In this document: positions 34,275-42,567 of the stretch, piece by piece
How the letters are laid out: every line of letters starts with the position of its first letter
How positions within the stretch are numbered: the first letter of the stretch is position 1
Notes under the pieces: generated by a model
Seen by the model: the letters and a program-made list of their open reading frames with translations, nothing else
The model's database searches: none
What the model was told of the DNA's origin: nothing
Source: Candidatus Nealsonbacteria bacterium
GTDB taxonomy: Bacteria; Patescibacteriota; Minisyncoccia; Minisyncoccales; MHMH01
DNA: 62,277 bases
NCBI GenBank assembly: GCA_043813805.1
Contig: JBDRKR010000025.1
Span: 1-62,277 of the forward strand
Reading direction: 5' to 3'
Position numbers and translations under genes: made by a program

Positions 34275-34508
34275 CTAAACCTTTTTTAAAACTATCCATC
34301 TTTTATCCTTGCTCATGGGACGGCACTCTTCAATCATTACCCGATCGCCAATCGAATAATCCCCGCTTTCTGTGTGAGCTTTGTATTTCTTGTGCATCTT
34401 GTAAGTCCTCAGATATTTCGGGTGGTGCTTGATGCTTTCCACTTGGACGACCACGGTCTTTTGCATTTTATTGGAAGTGATAAAGCCGGTAAGTTGTTTC
34501 TTTGGCAT
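34275..34508 (-). CDS. rpsQ: 30S ribosomal protein S17
   Basis: 77 aa. Called from operon order. Confidence 0.9.
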   Translation of the reverse strand: MPKKQLTGFITSNKMQKTVVVQVESIKHHPKYLRTYKMHKKYKAHTESGDYSIGDRVMIEECRPMSKDKRWIVLKKV

Positions 34509-34516
34509 AATTTTAA

Positions 34517-34696
34517 TTAATGCAATAGGGTTAGAACCCTGGCAATTTCTTTTTTTAATTCCCTGATCTCTCTGACATTTTTTACCTTACCCGAAGCCAA
34601 ATCAAACCTCAATCTCCTTAAATGCTCCCTTCTTTCCAATAACATACTTTCTAACTCTTTTTTCGTTTTTTGTCTAATCTCACTGAACTTGTTCAT
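34517..34696 (-). CDS. rpmC: 50S ribosomal protein L29
   Basis: Hand translation gives MNKFSEIRQKTKKELESMLLERREHLRRLRFDLASGKVKNVREIRELKKEIARVLTLLH (59 aa). Not in the ORF track. Confidence 0.85.
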   Translation of the reverse strand: MNKFSEIRQKTKKELESMLLERREHLRRLRFDLASGKVKNVREIRELKKEIARVLTLLH

Positions 34697-34754
34697 ATTA
34701 TCTGATTTTCATATTAATTTAATTTATTAAATCAAGGTCCTGCGAAGCAGATTC

Positions 34755-35174
34755 TTATTTGGTATGTCTCACAATAAATTTGGTCTTCAACGACAATTTT
34801 TTACCCGCTTTTGTAAAAGCTTCTTTAGCTAATTCCTCTTTAATGCCCTCCAGCTCAAAAATAATCCGGCCGGGCTTTACCGAGAAAACATAATGATCGA
34901 CGCCTCCCTTTCCGCCGCCCATAGGAACTTCCGTTCCCTTCTTGGTAACGGGTTTGTCGGGAAAAATCCTCACCCAGAGCTTTCCTCCTTTCTTCAGATA
35001 TCTGATAATGGAACGCCGCGCGGCTTCAATCTGACGAGCCGTTATCCATTGGGACTCTTGAGCTTTCAAACCGAAACTGCCGAAATTCAACTCCGTGCCT
35101 CGGAAATCCATCCCCAGGTGCCTTCGACGGCCCTTGTGCCATTTTCGATGTTTTACTTTTTTCGGCATTAACAT
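34755..35174 (-). CDS. rplP: 50S ribosomal protein L16
   Basis: [16 protein letters not shown] start. Confidence 0.95.
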   Translation of the reverse strand: MLMPKKVKHRKWHKGRRRHLGMDFRGTELNFGSFGLKAQESQWITARQIEAARRSIIRYLKKGGKLWVRIFPDKPVTKKGTEVPMGGGKGGVDHYVFSVKPGRIIFELEGIKEELAKEAFTKAGKKLSLKTKFIVRHTK

Positions 35175-35185
35175 ATTAATTCAAG

Positions 35186-35213
35186 ATTTTATATTTATTC
35201 ATCAGCGAATCAA
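35186..35213 (-). promoter_or_regulatory. internal promoter TTGATT-16-TAAAAT, 11 nt from the rplP ATG
   Basis: Paralogous to the spacer upstream of rpsG (45132-45172). Confidence 0.5.
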
Positions 35214-35235
35214 CGTTCTCGCGATAGCGAATTTT

Positions 35236-35874
35236 TTAGTCAAACTTTTCTCCTTTATAAATCCAGACCTTGATACCGATAATGCCGTAAGTGCATAAAG
35301 CTTCGGTCAAGGCGTAGTCAATTATCGCTCTGAAAGTTTGCAGAGGCAGTCTCCCCTTTCTGAGCCATTCACGTCTTGCAATCTCATTGCCTCCCAACCT
35401 GCCCGACATTTCGATTTTCGCTCCCTTCACGTCTTTGCTGGCCATAATTTTTTCCATAGCCTGTTTCATAACCCGGCGGTGAGGCATTCTTTTTTCAATT
35501 TGCTGAGCAACCCACTGGCCGGACAAAGGAGCCGAAGCCCAAACGTTCTTGATTTCCCGGATTTCAATCCGTAATTCTTTTTTTTCTTTACCTAAAACTT
35601 TCTCGATTTCTTTTTTTAAATCTTCCGCGCCCTTGCCGCCCCGGCCGATTATCAATCCGGGTCTCGCACTGTTAACGATCACGTTGGTTTTGCCGGCGAA
35701 TCTCTCTATTTCAATTGATTCAATTGAACACTCTTTCAGCTTCTTTTTAAGAAACGTTCTAATCTTAAAATCTTCCTCCAAAAGCTGAGGAATGTTTTTT
35801 TTGCTTAACCAGCGCGACATCCAGTCTGCTGAATCTCTTACTCTAAACGCTTTTGGGTGAACTTTATGAGTCAT
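35236..35874 (-). CDS. rpsC: 30S ribosomal protein S3
   Basis: 212 aa with a KH domain. Confidence 0.95.
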   Translation of the reverse strand: MTHKVHPKAFRVRDSADWMSRWLSKKNIPQLLEEDFKIRTFLKKKLKECSIESIEIERFAGKTNVIVNSARPGLIIGRGGKGAEDLKKEIEKVLGKEKKELRIEIREIKNVWASAPLSGQWVAQQIEKRMPHRRVMKQAMEKIMASKDVKGAKIEMSGRLGGNEIARREWLRKGRLPLQTFRAIIDYALTEALCTYGIIGIKVWIYKGEKFD

Positions 35875-36212
35875 ATTTTTTTCTCGTTTGAAAGAACGAG
35901 GATAATTTGAGATGTTTTCTTTTGGATTTCAAACCCCTGGCCTTTTGCCCGGGGACGCATTCTTTTATATTTCGGACCGTCATTAACTTCAATTTTCTCC
36001 ACAAAAAGCTTGGCAGGATCTAATTTTAAGTTATTCTTCGCGTTGGCCACGGCCGAATTCAAAAGCTTCAAAATGGGCTTAGCAGCTTTTTTAGTGGTAA
36101 AACTTAAAATAGCGGCGGCTTGCGCTTGGGACTTGCCGCGAATCATGTCGGCTACCAATCTCACCTTTCTTGCTGATATTCTTAATTTGCTTAATTTAGC
36201 TTTGACAATCAT
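35871..36212 (-). CDS. rplV: 50S ribosomal protein L22
   Basis: 113 aa. Called from operon order. Confidence 0.9.
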   Translation of the reverse strand: MIVKAKLSKLRISARKVRLVADMIRGKSQAQAAAILSFTTKKAAKPILKLLNSAVANAKNNLKLDPAKLFVEKIEVNDGPKYKRMRPRAKGQGFEIQKKTSQIILVLSNEKKI

Positions 36213-36228
36213 AGTGAAAAATCAAGGT

Positions 36229-36570
36229 TTATTTCTTCTTTGGCACTGCTACCGGCGCCGGGGCTGATTTAACCGCTTCTTTTTCAGTAGCAGTCGCTTC
36301 CAAATCGCGCTGCATCCTGCCGCCGTGCCTGCCGAATTTAGTCGTCGGAGAGAATTCGCCAAGCTTATGGCCCACCATATCTTCTGTCACGAAAACCGGC
36401 ACGTGCTCTTTGCCGTTGTGCACCCCAAAGGTAAATCCCACCATTTCCGGGCTGATAGCACAGGACCTTGACCAAGTTTTGATGATGGACTTCGTCCCCT
36501 GTTTCAAATCTTTCAACTTCTTCAGCACCCGAATGTCAATATATGGACCTTTTTTAAGACTTCTTGCCAT
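36229..36570 (-). CDS. rpsS: 30S ribosomal protein S19
   Basis: [12 protein letters not shown] start. Confidence 0.95.
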   Translation of the reverse strand: MARSLKKGPYIDIRVLKKLKDLKQGTKSIIKTWSRSCAISPEMVGFTFGVHNGKEHVPVFVTEDMVGHKLGEFSPTTKFGRHGGRMQRDLEATATEKEAVKSAPAPVAVPKKK

Positions 36571-37366
36571 GTTTTTGTCTTCTTTGAATTATATATTTAT
36601 TCGTCCAACTTCTTTTTCTGGTCTTGACGCCACGGGCGGGTTTTCCCCAAGGGGTCTTGGGGGTAGCCATACCGATCGGCGTTTTACCGTTACCGCCTCC
36701 GTGAGGATGGTCGCACGGATTCATCGCTGAACCCCTGACATGGGGTCTTTTGCCCCGATAACGCGAAGCTCCCGCTTTCCCTAATTTAATATAAATATGC
36801 TCGCCTCTTGAAAGGGCCCCCACCGAAGCGAAACAATCTCCTAGAATCTGCCTGATTTCACTGGACGGCATTTTCAAATGAGTATACTTCCCCTCTTGAG
36901 CTAAAACTTGAGCCGATGTTCCGGCCCCCCTGACCATCTTGCCGCCTCGGTTAGGAGTAACCTCAATATTATAAACCTGCGCGCCTACCGAAATATTTTT
37001 CAAACGCATGCGATTGCCGGGCAAAAGCTCTGTTTTTTCTTCGCAAATAACGCTGTCGCCCACTTTCAATCCCTGAGGAGCGAGCACATATCGCTTTTCT
37101 TTGTCGTTATGTTCCAAAAGAGCGATAAAAGAAGTGCGATAAGGATCGTATTCAAAAGCCAAGACTTTGGCCGGCATACCCAATTTATCCTGACTAAAAT
37201 CAATCATACGGTAAGTTTTTTTGACTCCGCCGCCTCGGTGGCGCGAAGTAATGCGACCAGAGTTTCCTCGGCCGCTGCTCCTAACCCAGTTCAAAAGCAA
37301 CCCCTTTTCCGGCGCCTTCTTCGACAATAAACTGAAGTCTTCTTTTGTGGTATTTTTCTTTAACAT
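36554..37366 (-). CDS. rplB: 50S ribosomal protein L2
   Basis: 270 aa with [11 protein letters not shown]. Confidence 0.95.
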   Translation of the reverse strand: MLKKNTTKEDFSLLSKKAPEKGLLLNWVRSSGRGNSGRITSRHRGGGVKKTYRMIDFSQDKLGMPAKVLAFEYDPYRTSFIALLEHNDKEKRYVLAPQGLKVGDSVICEEKTELLPGNRMRLKNISVGAQVYNIEVTPNRGGKMVRGAGTSAQVLAQEGKYTHLKMPSSEIRQILGDCFASVGALSRGEHIYIKLGKAGASRYRGKRPHVRGSAMNPCDHPHGGGNGKTPIGMATPKTPWGKPARGVKTRKRSWTNKYIIQRRQKHGKKS

Positions 37367-37392
37367 GGATTCTTACCTCGGAATCTTACCCC

Positions 37393-37824
37393 TTACCGTG
37401 GTAAGATTTCTATCTGCTGACCTTGGGCCAACTTGACGATAGCTTTTTTATAAGCTTTGCGCCAGCCCTCAATCCTACCCAGCCTTCTTTTTTTGGGATG
37501 AATATTGATTATCTTTATAGACACCACTTTTACTCCATAAACATCTTCGACAGCTTTCTTGATTTCCGGCTTATTGGCTCTTTCATAAACATTAAAAATA
37601 TACTGGCCAATCTTGGCAAAGTCCGTGGCTTTTTCAGTCACGTGCGGCCACTTCAAAATACGACAGGCTGTTTCTGAATCTTTCTTTGGGGTTTGAGGAA
37701 CAGCTGCAACCTCTTTCTTGGCTTCTTTTTTCACCTCCTTTGAAGCGGCTTTCCTAACCACCTTTCTTGGAGCAACTTTCTTTTCTCCCTTTTTCTTATT
37801 TTTAAAAATATTAAATAAGGCCAT
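37393..37824 (-). CDS. rplW: 50S ribosomal protein L23 with a Lys-rich N-terminal extension
   Basis: L23 core preceded by about 50 aa of K/A/E-rich sequence. Confidence 0.85.
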   Translation of the reverse strand: MALFNIFKNKKKGEKKVAPRKVVRKAASKEVKKEAKKEVAAVPQTPKKDSETACRILKWPHVTEKATDFAKIGQYIFNVYERANKPEIKKAVEDVYGVKVVSIKIINIHPKKRRLGRIEGWRKAYKKAIVKLAQGQQIEILPR

Positions 37825-37831
37825 ATTATTC

Positions 37832-38464
37832 TTATTCTTTAACGACCATATCTTTTAAAACCTTAATCGACTCTTTCGGCATGATTAAATATTTAAAACT
37901 AAGCAAATCCAGGGCATTTAAGTCCTTGACCTGACTCGGCTTCGCATTTTCAAGATTTCTTGACGCTAAAATAAGATCTTTGTCCATGCCGGGCAAAACA
38001 ATCAAGACGCTTTCGTTCTTGCAGGGAAGTTTTTGAAGAAGCCCGGCGATAATTTTTGTTTTAATTTTTTCCAGCTTAAGCGTTTCCAAAACTACCAAAA
38101 AGTTACCTTTAGCCTTGGCCGACAAAACCATCAATAAGGCCGCCCGCTTCATTTTCCGATTGATCTTTTTCTTGAAATCTCTGTCTTTGGTCGGACCGAA
38201 GGCAATCCCGCCATGTCTCCAAATCGGGGACCTCGTAGATCCATGTCTGGCACGGCCTGTACCCTTCTGCCTCCAGGGTTTTTTACCGCCACCCGAAACC
38301 TGACCCCTGCCCTTGGTGTGGGCAGAAACCTGCCGGCGATTGGACGTCTGTGAGACAACGACCTGATGAATCAATTCTTGATTAACAGTCAAACCGAAAA
38401 TTTCCTTAGGCAGTAAGGTCTGGCTGACTTCTTTTCCTTCTTGATCGTAAACAGCTGCTTTCAT
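37832..38464 (-). CDS. rplD: 50S ribosomal protein L4
   Basis: 210 aa with GGGKKPWRQKGTGRAR. Confidence 0.95.
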   Translation of the reverse strand: MKAAVYDQEGKEVSQTLLPKEIFGLTVNQELIHQVVVSQTSNRRQVSAHTKGRGQVSGGGKKPWRQKGTGRARHGSTRSPIWRHGGIAFGPTKDRDFKKKINRKMKRAALLMVLSAKAKGNFLVVLETLKLEKIKTKIIAGLLQKLPCKNESVLIVLPGMDKDLILASRNLENAKPSQVKDLNALDLLSFKYLIMPKESIKVLKDMVVKE

Positions 38465-38473
38465 ATAAATAAA

Positions 38474-39085
38474 TTAAGCTCTGATTTCCACTAAGGTCCC
38501 GGGATGACCCGGCACAGCTCCCCGTATGGCCAATAAATTATTTTCCTTATCAACCTTTATTACCTGCAAATTTTTAACAGTAGTTCTTTCACCGCCCATG
38601 CGTCCCGGCATTTTTTTACCCTTCCAAACTCTTTGTAAACCGGTAGAGCCGATGGAACCAACAGTGCGCGCTTCGTGCTTAACACCGTGAGTGGCCTTCT
38701 TGCCGTGAAAACCCCAGCGCCTCACGGCGCCCTGAAATCCTTTGCCTTTTGAAACCCCGGCCACTTTAACAATATCCCCTTCTTGAAAAATACTCACATC
38801 AATCTTATCGCCCACGTTTCCGCTCAAAGCGGACGCTCTGTCGGCTGACGGATTTCGAAATTCGCGGATAAAACGGAAAGGCTTGTTCTGCATCGGTTTT
38901 TTAATTTTCTTTTTCTTTTCGATCTCTTTAAAGCCGATCTGCAAAGATTCGTAACCATCGGATTTTTTATTTTTCACTTGAGTAATTTGACAAGGTCCCG
39001 CTTCAATCAAAGTCAAAGGCACAACGTTGCCGTCTTTGTCAAAAATCTGCGACATGCCTAATTTTAAACCTAGTATAAACTTCAT
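38474..39085 (-). CDS. rplC: 50S ribosomal protein L3
   Basis: 203 aa with KGKGFQG. Confidence 0.95.
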   Translation of the reverse strand: MKFILGLKLGMSQIFDKDGNVVPLTLIEAGPCQITQVKNKKSDGYESLQIGFKEIEKKKKIKKPMQNKPFRFIREFRNPSADRASALSGNVGDKIDVSIFQEGDIVKVAGVSKGKGFQGAVRRWGFHGKKATHGVKHEARTVGSIGSTGLQRVWKGKKMPGRMGGERTTVKNLQVIKVDKENNLLAIRGAVPGHPGTLVEIRA

Positions 39086-39089
39086 TTTA

Positions 39090-39117
39090 TCAATAAAAGA
39101 CGGGGCACTAACCCCGT
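39090..39117 (-). terminator. terminator-like hairpin in the rplC leader
   Basis: ACGGGG-TTAGTG-CCCCGT followed by CTTTTATTG. Ends 5 nt before the rplC ATG. Confidence 0.45.
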
Positions 39118-39184
39118 GAATTACATTCGGTTAGTACTTATGCTATGCGGCAAGATGCTGCACAGACAGTATACTTATACAGCC

Positions 39185-39213
39185 ACTATATACCAAGCCC
39201 GTTTAACTGTCAA
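39185..39213 (-). promoter_or_regulatory. promoter TTGACA-17-TATAGT
   Basis: -35 at 39208-39213 and -10 at 39185-39190. Confidence 0.55.
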
Positions 39214-39226
39214 TATATCAAATAAA

Positions 39227-39270
39227 GGATTTACGAAATCCACTCTAATTTGAGAGGATTTCGTAAATCC
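39227..39270. repeat. REP2 palindromes, inverted pair
   Basis: ggatttacgaaatcc (39227-39241) and ggatttcgtaaatcc (39256-39270). Confidence 0.8.
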
Positions 39271-39286
39271 CAAATATCCGACGTAC

Positions 39287-39308
39287 AATCGATGTCGGAC
39301 ATCCATTA
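39287..39308. repeat. degenerate REP1 copy
   Basis: aatcgatgtcggacatccatta. 20 of 22 positions match 12606-12627. Confidence 0.7.
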
Positions 39309-39359
39309 TTTTAGTTATTTGTATAAATTACTGTGCGTATCAATATCAATAAATAATAC

Positions 39360-39545
39360 TTAGAGCTTGTTGAGGTACGCGTCCATTTCTTCAGGGGTGG
39401 AAAACGGACCACTGATATTTCTCTTGTTTTTAAAATCTTCTTCCACTTTTCCGATAAGCCTCTCCAACTCGGGAGTCATTTGAGGAGCATGGACATTTGT
39501 TCTCCCCTCTTTGTCGGTCTTAATATTGATAATAACTTTTGCCAT
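39360..39545 (-). CDS. hypothetical small protein (61 aa), possibly antitoxin-like
   Basis: Short ORF directly downstream of the dinD-like gene. No family recognised. Confidence 0.45.
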   Translation of the reverse strand: MAKVIINIKTDKEGRTNVHAPQMTPELERLIGKVEEDFKNKRNISGPFSTPEEMDAYLNKL

Positions 39546-39589
39546 ATATATTAAGTATATACGACGTATCTTTCTTATTGATAATTAAA

Positions 39590-40426
39590 TTATTCTGATT
39601 TTTTAAGTTTCTTTGTTTCTGTTTTCCCTAAATGCTTTAATCCGCCCTTCAACTCCCTGATATGTTTTTCGGTAGGCAAATTTTCTGGTAGCTCACCGCC
39701 AATATCTTTTATTGTTTGCCGAACCTTGCCACCAACCATAAAGTGCGTATTCGTAGCGGCGTTCTCGTCTCTAGTACCATCCTTTTTAAGCTTTTCATCG
39801 GTTTGAGTAATACGAAAAAGATTAGCGGCCAATTCGGTAGAACCAGCCCTGTCTAATAATTCTCTTTTCTTAATACCTTTTTTCTTTTCTACGTCAGCGA
39901 CAGGCATTCCATAGAGACCCTTATATCCAGCGTCATTAAATAATCCGAAATTGCTTACTCCCGCTTGCCGGGCGGTCTTAAAAAGTCTCTTATTGTGGTC
40001 TACGACTTCCTCACGGATAAATAATCGCTTTGCCGCATCCGGTAATTGCTCAAAAACCTCTTGCTTCCTTGTCTGTATGGCAAAATAAGTCTGAGCAAGA
40101 GCTATTTCGGACTTATTAGGGTCTCCATTTTGGGCTATTAAATAACAAGCATACCTATCCAATTTATAGTCCTTAACCTCTCTGACTGAGTTAGAACCAA
40201 TCTTGACCATTTTGCTGATTTTAGCAAAATGGTTATCCACATCTTGACCGCTCTTTAGACACGCCCGCGCAGCTTTACCGACAACTTCTTCAAAATTCCT
40301 CCACTGCGAATAACCCAATAAAAACATAAGCTCACGTGCCATCCAATACTCAACCCCATTTTTATCAATTTTTTTGATATCCTCAAATTTTCTATGAGGA
40401 GCAGATGGTATCATCTCGTCTGTCAT
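39590..40426 (-). CDS. dinD: DNA-damage-inducible protein D-like (Bro-N/DinD family)
   Basis: 278 aa. Long colinear similarity to E. coli DinD as I recall it: KIGSNSVREVKDYKLDRYACYLIAQNGDP, QTYFAIQTRKQE, GSTELAANLFR.TQT.EKLK. Confidence 0.75.
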   Translation of the reverse strand: MTDEMIPSAPHRKFEDIKKIDKNGVEYWMARELMFLLGYSQWRNFEEVVGKAARACLKSGQDVDNHFAKISKMVKIGSNSVREVKDYKLDRYACYLIAQNGDPNKSEIALAQTYFAIQTRKQEVFEQLPDAAKRLFIREEVVDHNKRLFKTARQAGVSNFGLFNDAGYKGLYGMPVADVEKKKGIKKRELLDRAGSTELAANLFRITQTDEKLKKDGTRDENAATNTHFMVGGKVRQTIKDIGGELPENLPTEKHIRELKGGLKHLGKTETKKLKKSE

Positions 40427-40432
40427 AAATCC

Positions 40433-40461
40433 ATCTTAGCTATTAAAAAGAGAAATGACAA
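40433..40461 (-). promoter_or_regulatory. promoter TTGTCA-17-TAAGAT, 6 nt from the ATG
   Basis: -10 at 40433-40438 and -35 at 40456-40461. Confidence 0.5.
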
Positions 40462-40540
40462 ATATCTTACACCTGTTCAACACCGAGTGTTTAACAATAA
40501 CCGAACGGATATTTGGGGTTTCCGAGATCCTATCAGATAT

Positions 40541-40561
40541 GTTGGATTTCGTAAATCCAAC
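40541..40561. repeat. REP2 palindrome
   Basis: gttggatttcgtaaatccaac. Confidence 0.8.
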
Positions 40562-40580
40562 AATCAGAAAACTCCGCTTT

Positions 40581-40605
40581 GGCAAAACCGCCCCGAGAGG
40601 GGCGG
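40581..40605 (-). terminator. rho-independent terminator directly after rpsJ
   Basis: CCGCCCC-TCTC-GGGGCGG followed by TTTTGCC. T-runs are present on both strands. Confidence 0.7.
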
Positions 40606-40615
40606 TTTTCCTAAT

Positions 40616-40954
40616 TTACATTTTAATTTCGATGTCAACACCAGCCGGCAAGGTTAAACTCATCAAAGCATCTATGACCCGGGAATTCGGACTCAAAACA
40701 TCAATCAATCTTTTATGAATCCTCATCTCGAATTGTTCTCTCGCATCTTTATGGACAAAGCTCGACCGGTTCACCGTATATTTTCTGGTCTCGGTCGGTA
40801 AAGGTACCGGCCCCGAAATTTCAGAACCATATCGCAAAGCCGTCTCACAAATCTCGCGAGCGCTCTTGTCAATCACTTTGTGATCGTAAGCCCGAAGCTT
40901 AATGCGGATCTTGGACTTAACCGGATTTTCAACTGCGACTATCTTTTTTGGCAT
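40616..40954 (-). CDS. rpsJ: 30S ribosomal protein S10
   Basis: 112 aa with [13 protein letters not shown]. Confidence 0.95.
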   Translation of the reverse strand: MPKKIVAVENPVKSKIRIKLRAYDHKVIDKSAREICETALRYGSEISGPVPLPTETRKYTVNRSSFVHKDAREQFEMRIHKRLIDVLSPNSRVIDALMSLTLPAGVDIEIKM

Positions 40955-40979
40955 TGTCTTAAAAGGTGCAAATCAAAAT

Positions 40980-42179
40980 TTATTTAATGATCTTGGTCAC
41001 AACTCCGGCACCCACGGTCTTACCACCTTCCCTGATGGCGAATCTTTGCTGCTCTTCTAGGGCCACCGGAACGATTAATTTAACCTTTAAGTTAACCGTG
41101 TCTCCGGGCATAACCATCTCAGTTCCTTCTGGCAAGGTTACGTCTCCGGTCACATCGGTTGTTCTGATATAAAATTGGGGTTTATAACCCGGGAAGAACG
41201 GCGTATGTCTGCCACCCTCCTCCTTGGTCAAAACGTAAATCTCGCAATCAAATTCGGTATGAGGAGTAACGCTCCCTGATTTAGCCAGAACTTGTCCGCG
41301 CTGGACATCTTCTTTCTTTAAACCTCTGAGTAAAATACCAACGTTGTCTCCGGCCCGGCCTTCGTCCAAAATCTTGTTGAACATTTCTACGCTGACCGCC
41401 GTAGTTTTCATCGTCGGCTTGATACCGATCAATTCCACCTCTTCGTTGGATTTAATGATTCCCCTTTCAATTCTGCCGGTAGCAACAGTTCCTCTTCCTT
41501 CAATCGAGAAAACGTCTTCCACCGCCATCAAGAAAGGCTTATCAATGTCTCTTTTCGGTTCGGGAATAAATTCATCAACCGCTTTCATTAATTCCAGAAT
41601 AGGCTTAACCGCTTCGTCATCAATAGACTTGGCAGCCAAAGCTTTCATTGCCGAACCGCGGATAATGGGCGTTGTGTCTCCGGGAAATTTGTATTTATTC
41701 AAGAGCTCTCTGACTTCTGATTCAACTAAATCAATGATTTCCGGATCGTCAACAGCGTCGCATTTGTTCAAAAATACCACAATTGACGGAAGCCCTACCT
41801 GGTGAGCAAGCAAAATGTGCTCCCTCGTCTGAGGCATTGGGCCGTCTGGAGCCGAAACCACGAGAATTCCGCCGTCCATCTGCGCAGCACCGGTGATCAT
41901 ATTCTTAATGTAGTCCGCGTGTCCGGGACAATCAATGTGGGCATAGTGGCGTTTATCGGTTTCGTATTCAATATGAGTAACGGTAATAGTAAGACCTCTG
42001 GCTTTCTCTTCCGGAGAAGCGTTAATGTCATCAACCGACCACTCTTTAGACACATTACCCTTTAAATTTAAAACGTGGGTAATAGCCGCGGTCGTGGTAG
42101 TCTTACCGTGAGCGACGTGGCCAATTGTACCAATATTGACGTGGGGCTTGCCCCTTACAAATTTTTCTTTCTCAGCCAT
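40980..42179 (-). CDS. tuf: elongation factor Tu
   Basis: [17 protein letters not shown] and NKCD. Confidence 0.97.
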   Translation of the reverse strand: MAEKEKFVRGKPHVNIGTIGHVAHGKTTTTAAITHVLNLKGNVSKEWSVDDINASPEEKARGLTITVTHIEYETDKRHYAHIDCPGHADYIKNMITGAAQMDGGILVVSAPDGPMPQTREHILLAHQVGLPSIVVFLNKCDAVDDPEIIDLVESEVRELLNKYKFPGDTTPIIRGSAMKALAAKSIDDEAVKPILELMKAVDEFIPEPKRDIDKPFLMAVEDVFSIEGRGTVATGRIERGIIKSNEEVELIGIKPTMKTTAVSVEMFNKILDEGRAGDNVGILLRGLKKEDVQRGQVLAKSGSVTPHTEFDCEIYVLTKEEGGRHTPFFPGYKPQFYIRTTDVTGDVTLPEGTEMVMPGDTVNLKVKLIVPVALEEQQRFAIREGGKTVGAGVVTKIIK

Positions 42180-42243
42180 AAGTTTATTTTTATGCTTTTT
42201 TAATTAATTATTTTTATTAATGATATTACAAAACGCTAATACT

Positions 42244-42272
42244 ATCTTAGACAAGTAATGGGAAAATGTCAA
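42244..42272 (-). promoter_or_regulatory. promoter TTGACA-17-TAAGAT upstream of tuf
   Basis: -35 at 42267-42272 and -10 at 42244-42249. Confidence 0.6.
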
Positions 42273-42274
42273 TA

Positions 42275-42508
42275 CTAGAAAGGCAAGTCTTCGATCTTCA
42301 ACTCCTCGCTGCTCAACTCCACAGGCAATGCCCGTCTGTCGACAGACGGGGGTTTAGGATTATTTTCCTTGGGCCTTGACTCCGATTTTCCCCTCCCCTT
42401 CTTGTAATCGGCAAAAGAAACCACCACCATTACGGGCTCGCCATTTTCTACAATAATAATTCTTCCGCCATCTTCTTCAATTAATTTTTTAATTTCGTTT
42501 AAGTCCAC
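42275..42508 (-). CDS. Phd/YefM-like antitoxin-type small protein (solo)
   Basis: 77 aa with a GTG start. N-terminal GGRIIIVENGEPVMVVVSFADYKK resembles the Phd/YefM fold sequence. Confidence 0.5.
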   Translation of the reverse strand: MDLNEIKKLIEEDGGRIIIVENGEPVMVVVSFADYKKGRGKSESRPKENNPKPPSVDRRALPVELSSEELKIEDLPF

Positions 42509-42514
42509 GGATTT

Positions 42515-42558
42515 GTGGATTTACGAAATCCAACATATATGATGGGATTTCGTAAATC
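42515..42558. repeat. REP2 palindromes (two copies)
   Basis: gtggatttacgaaatccaac (42515-42534) and gggatttcgtaaatc (42544-42558). Confidence 0.8.
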
Positions 42559-42567
42559 AATTAAGGT

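Noticed and set aside
42180-42274. Toxin partner for the Phd/YefM-like ORF.
   Set aside because: The 95-nt spacer contains only the tuf promoter. No ORF of toxin size lies on either side.
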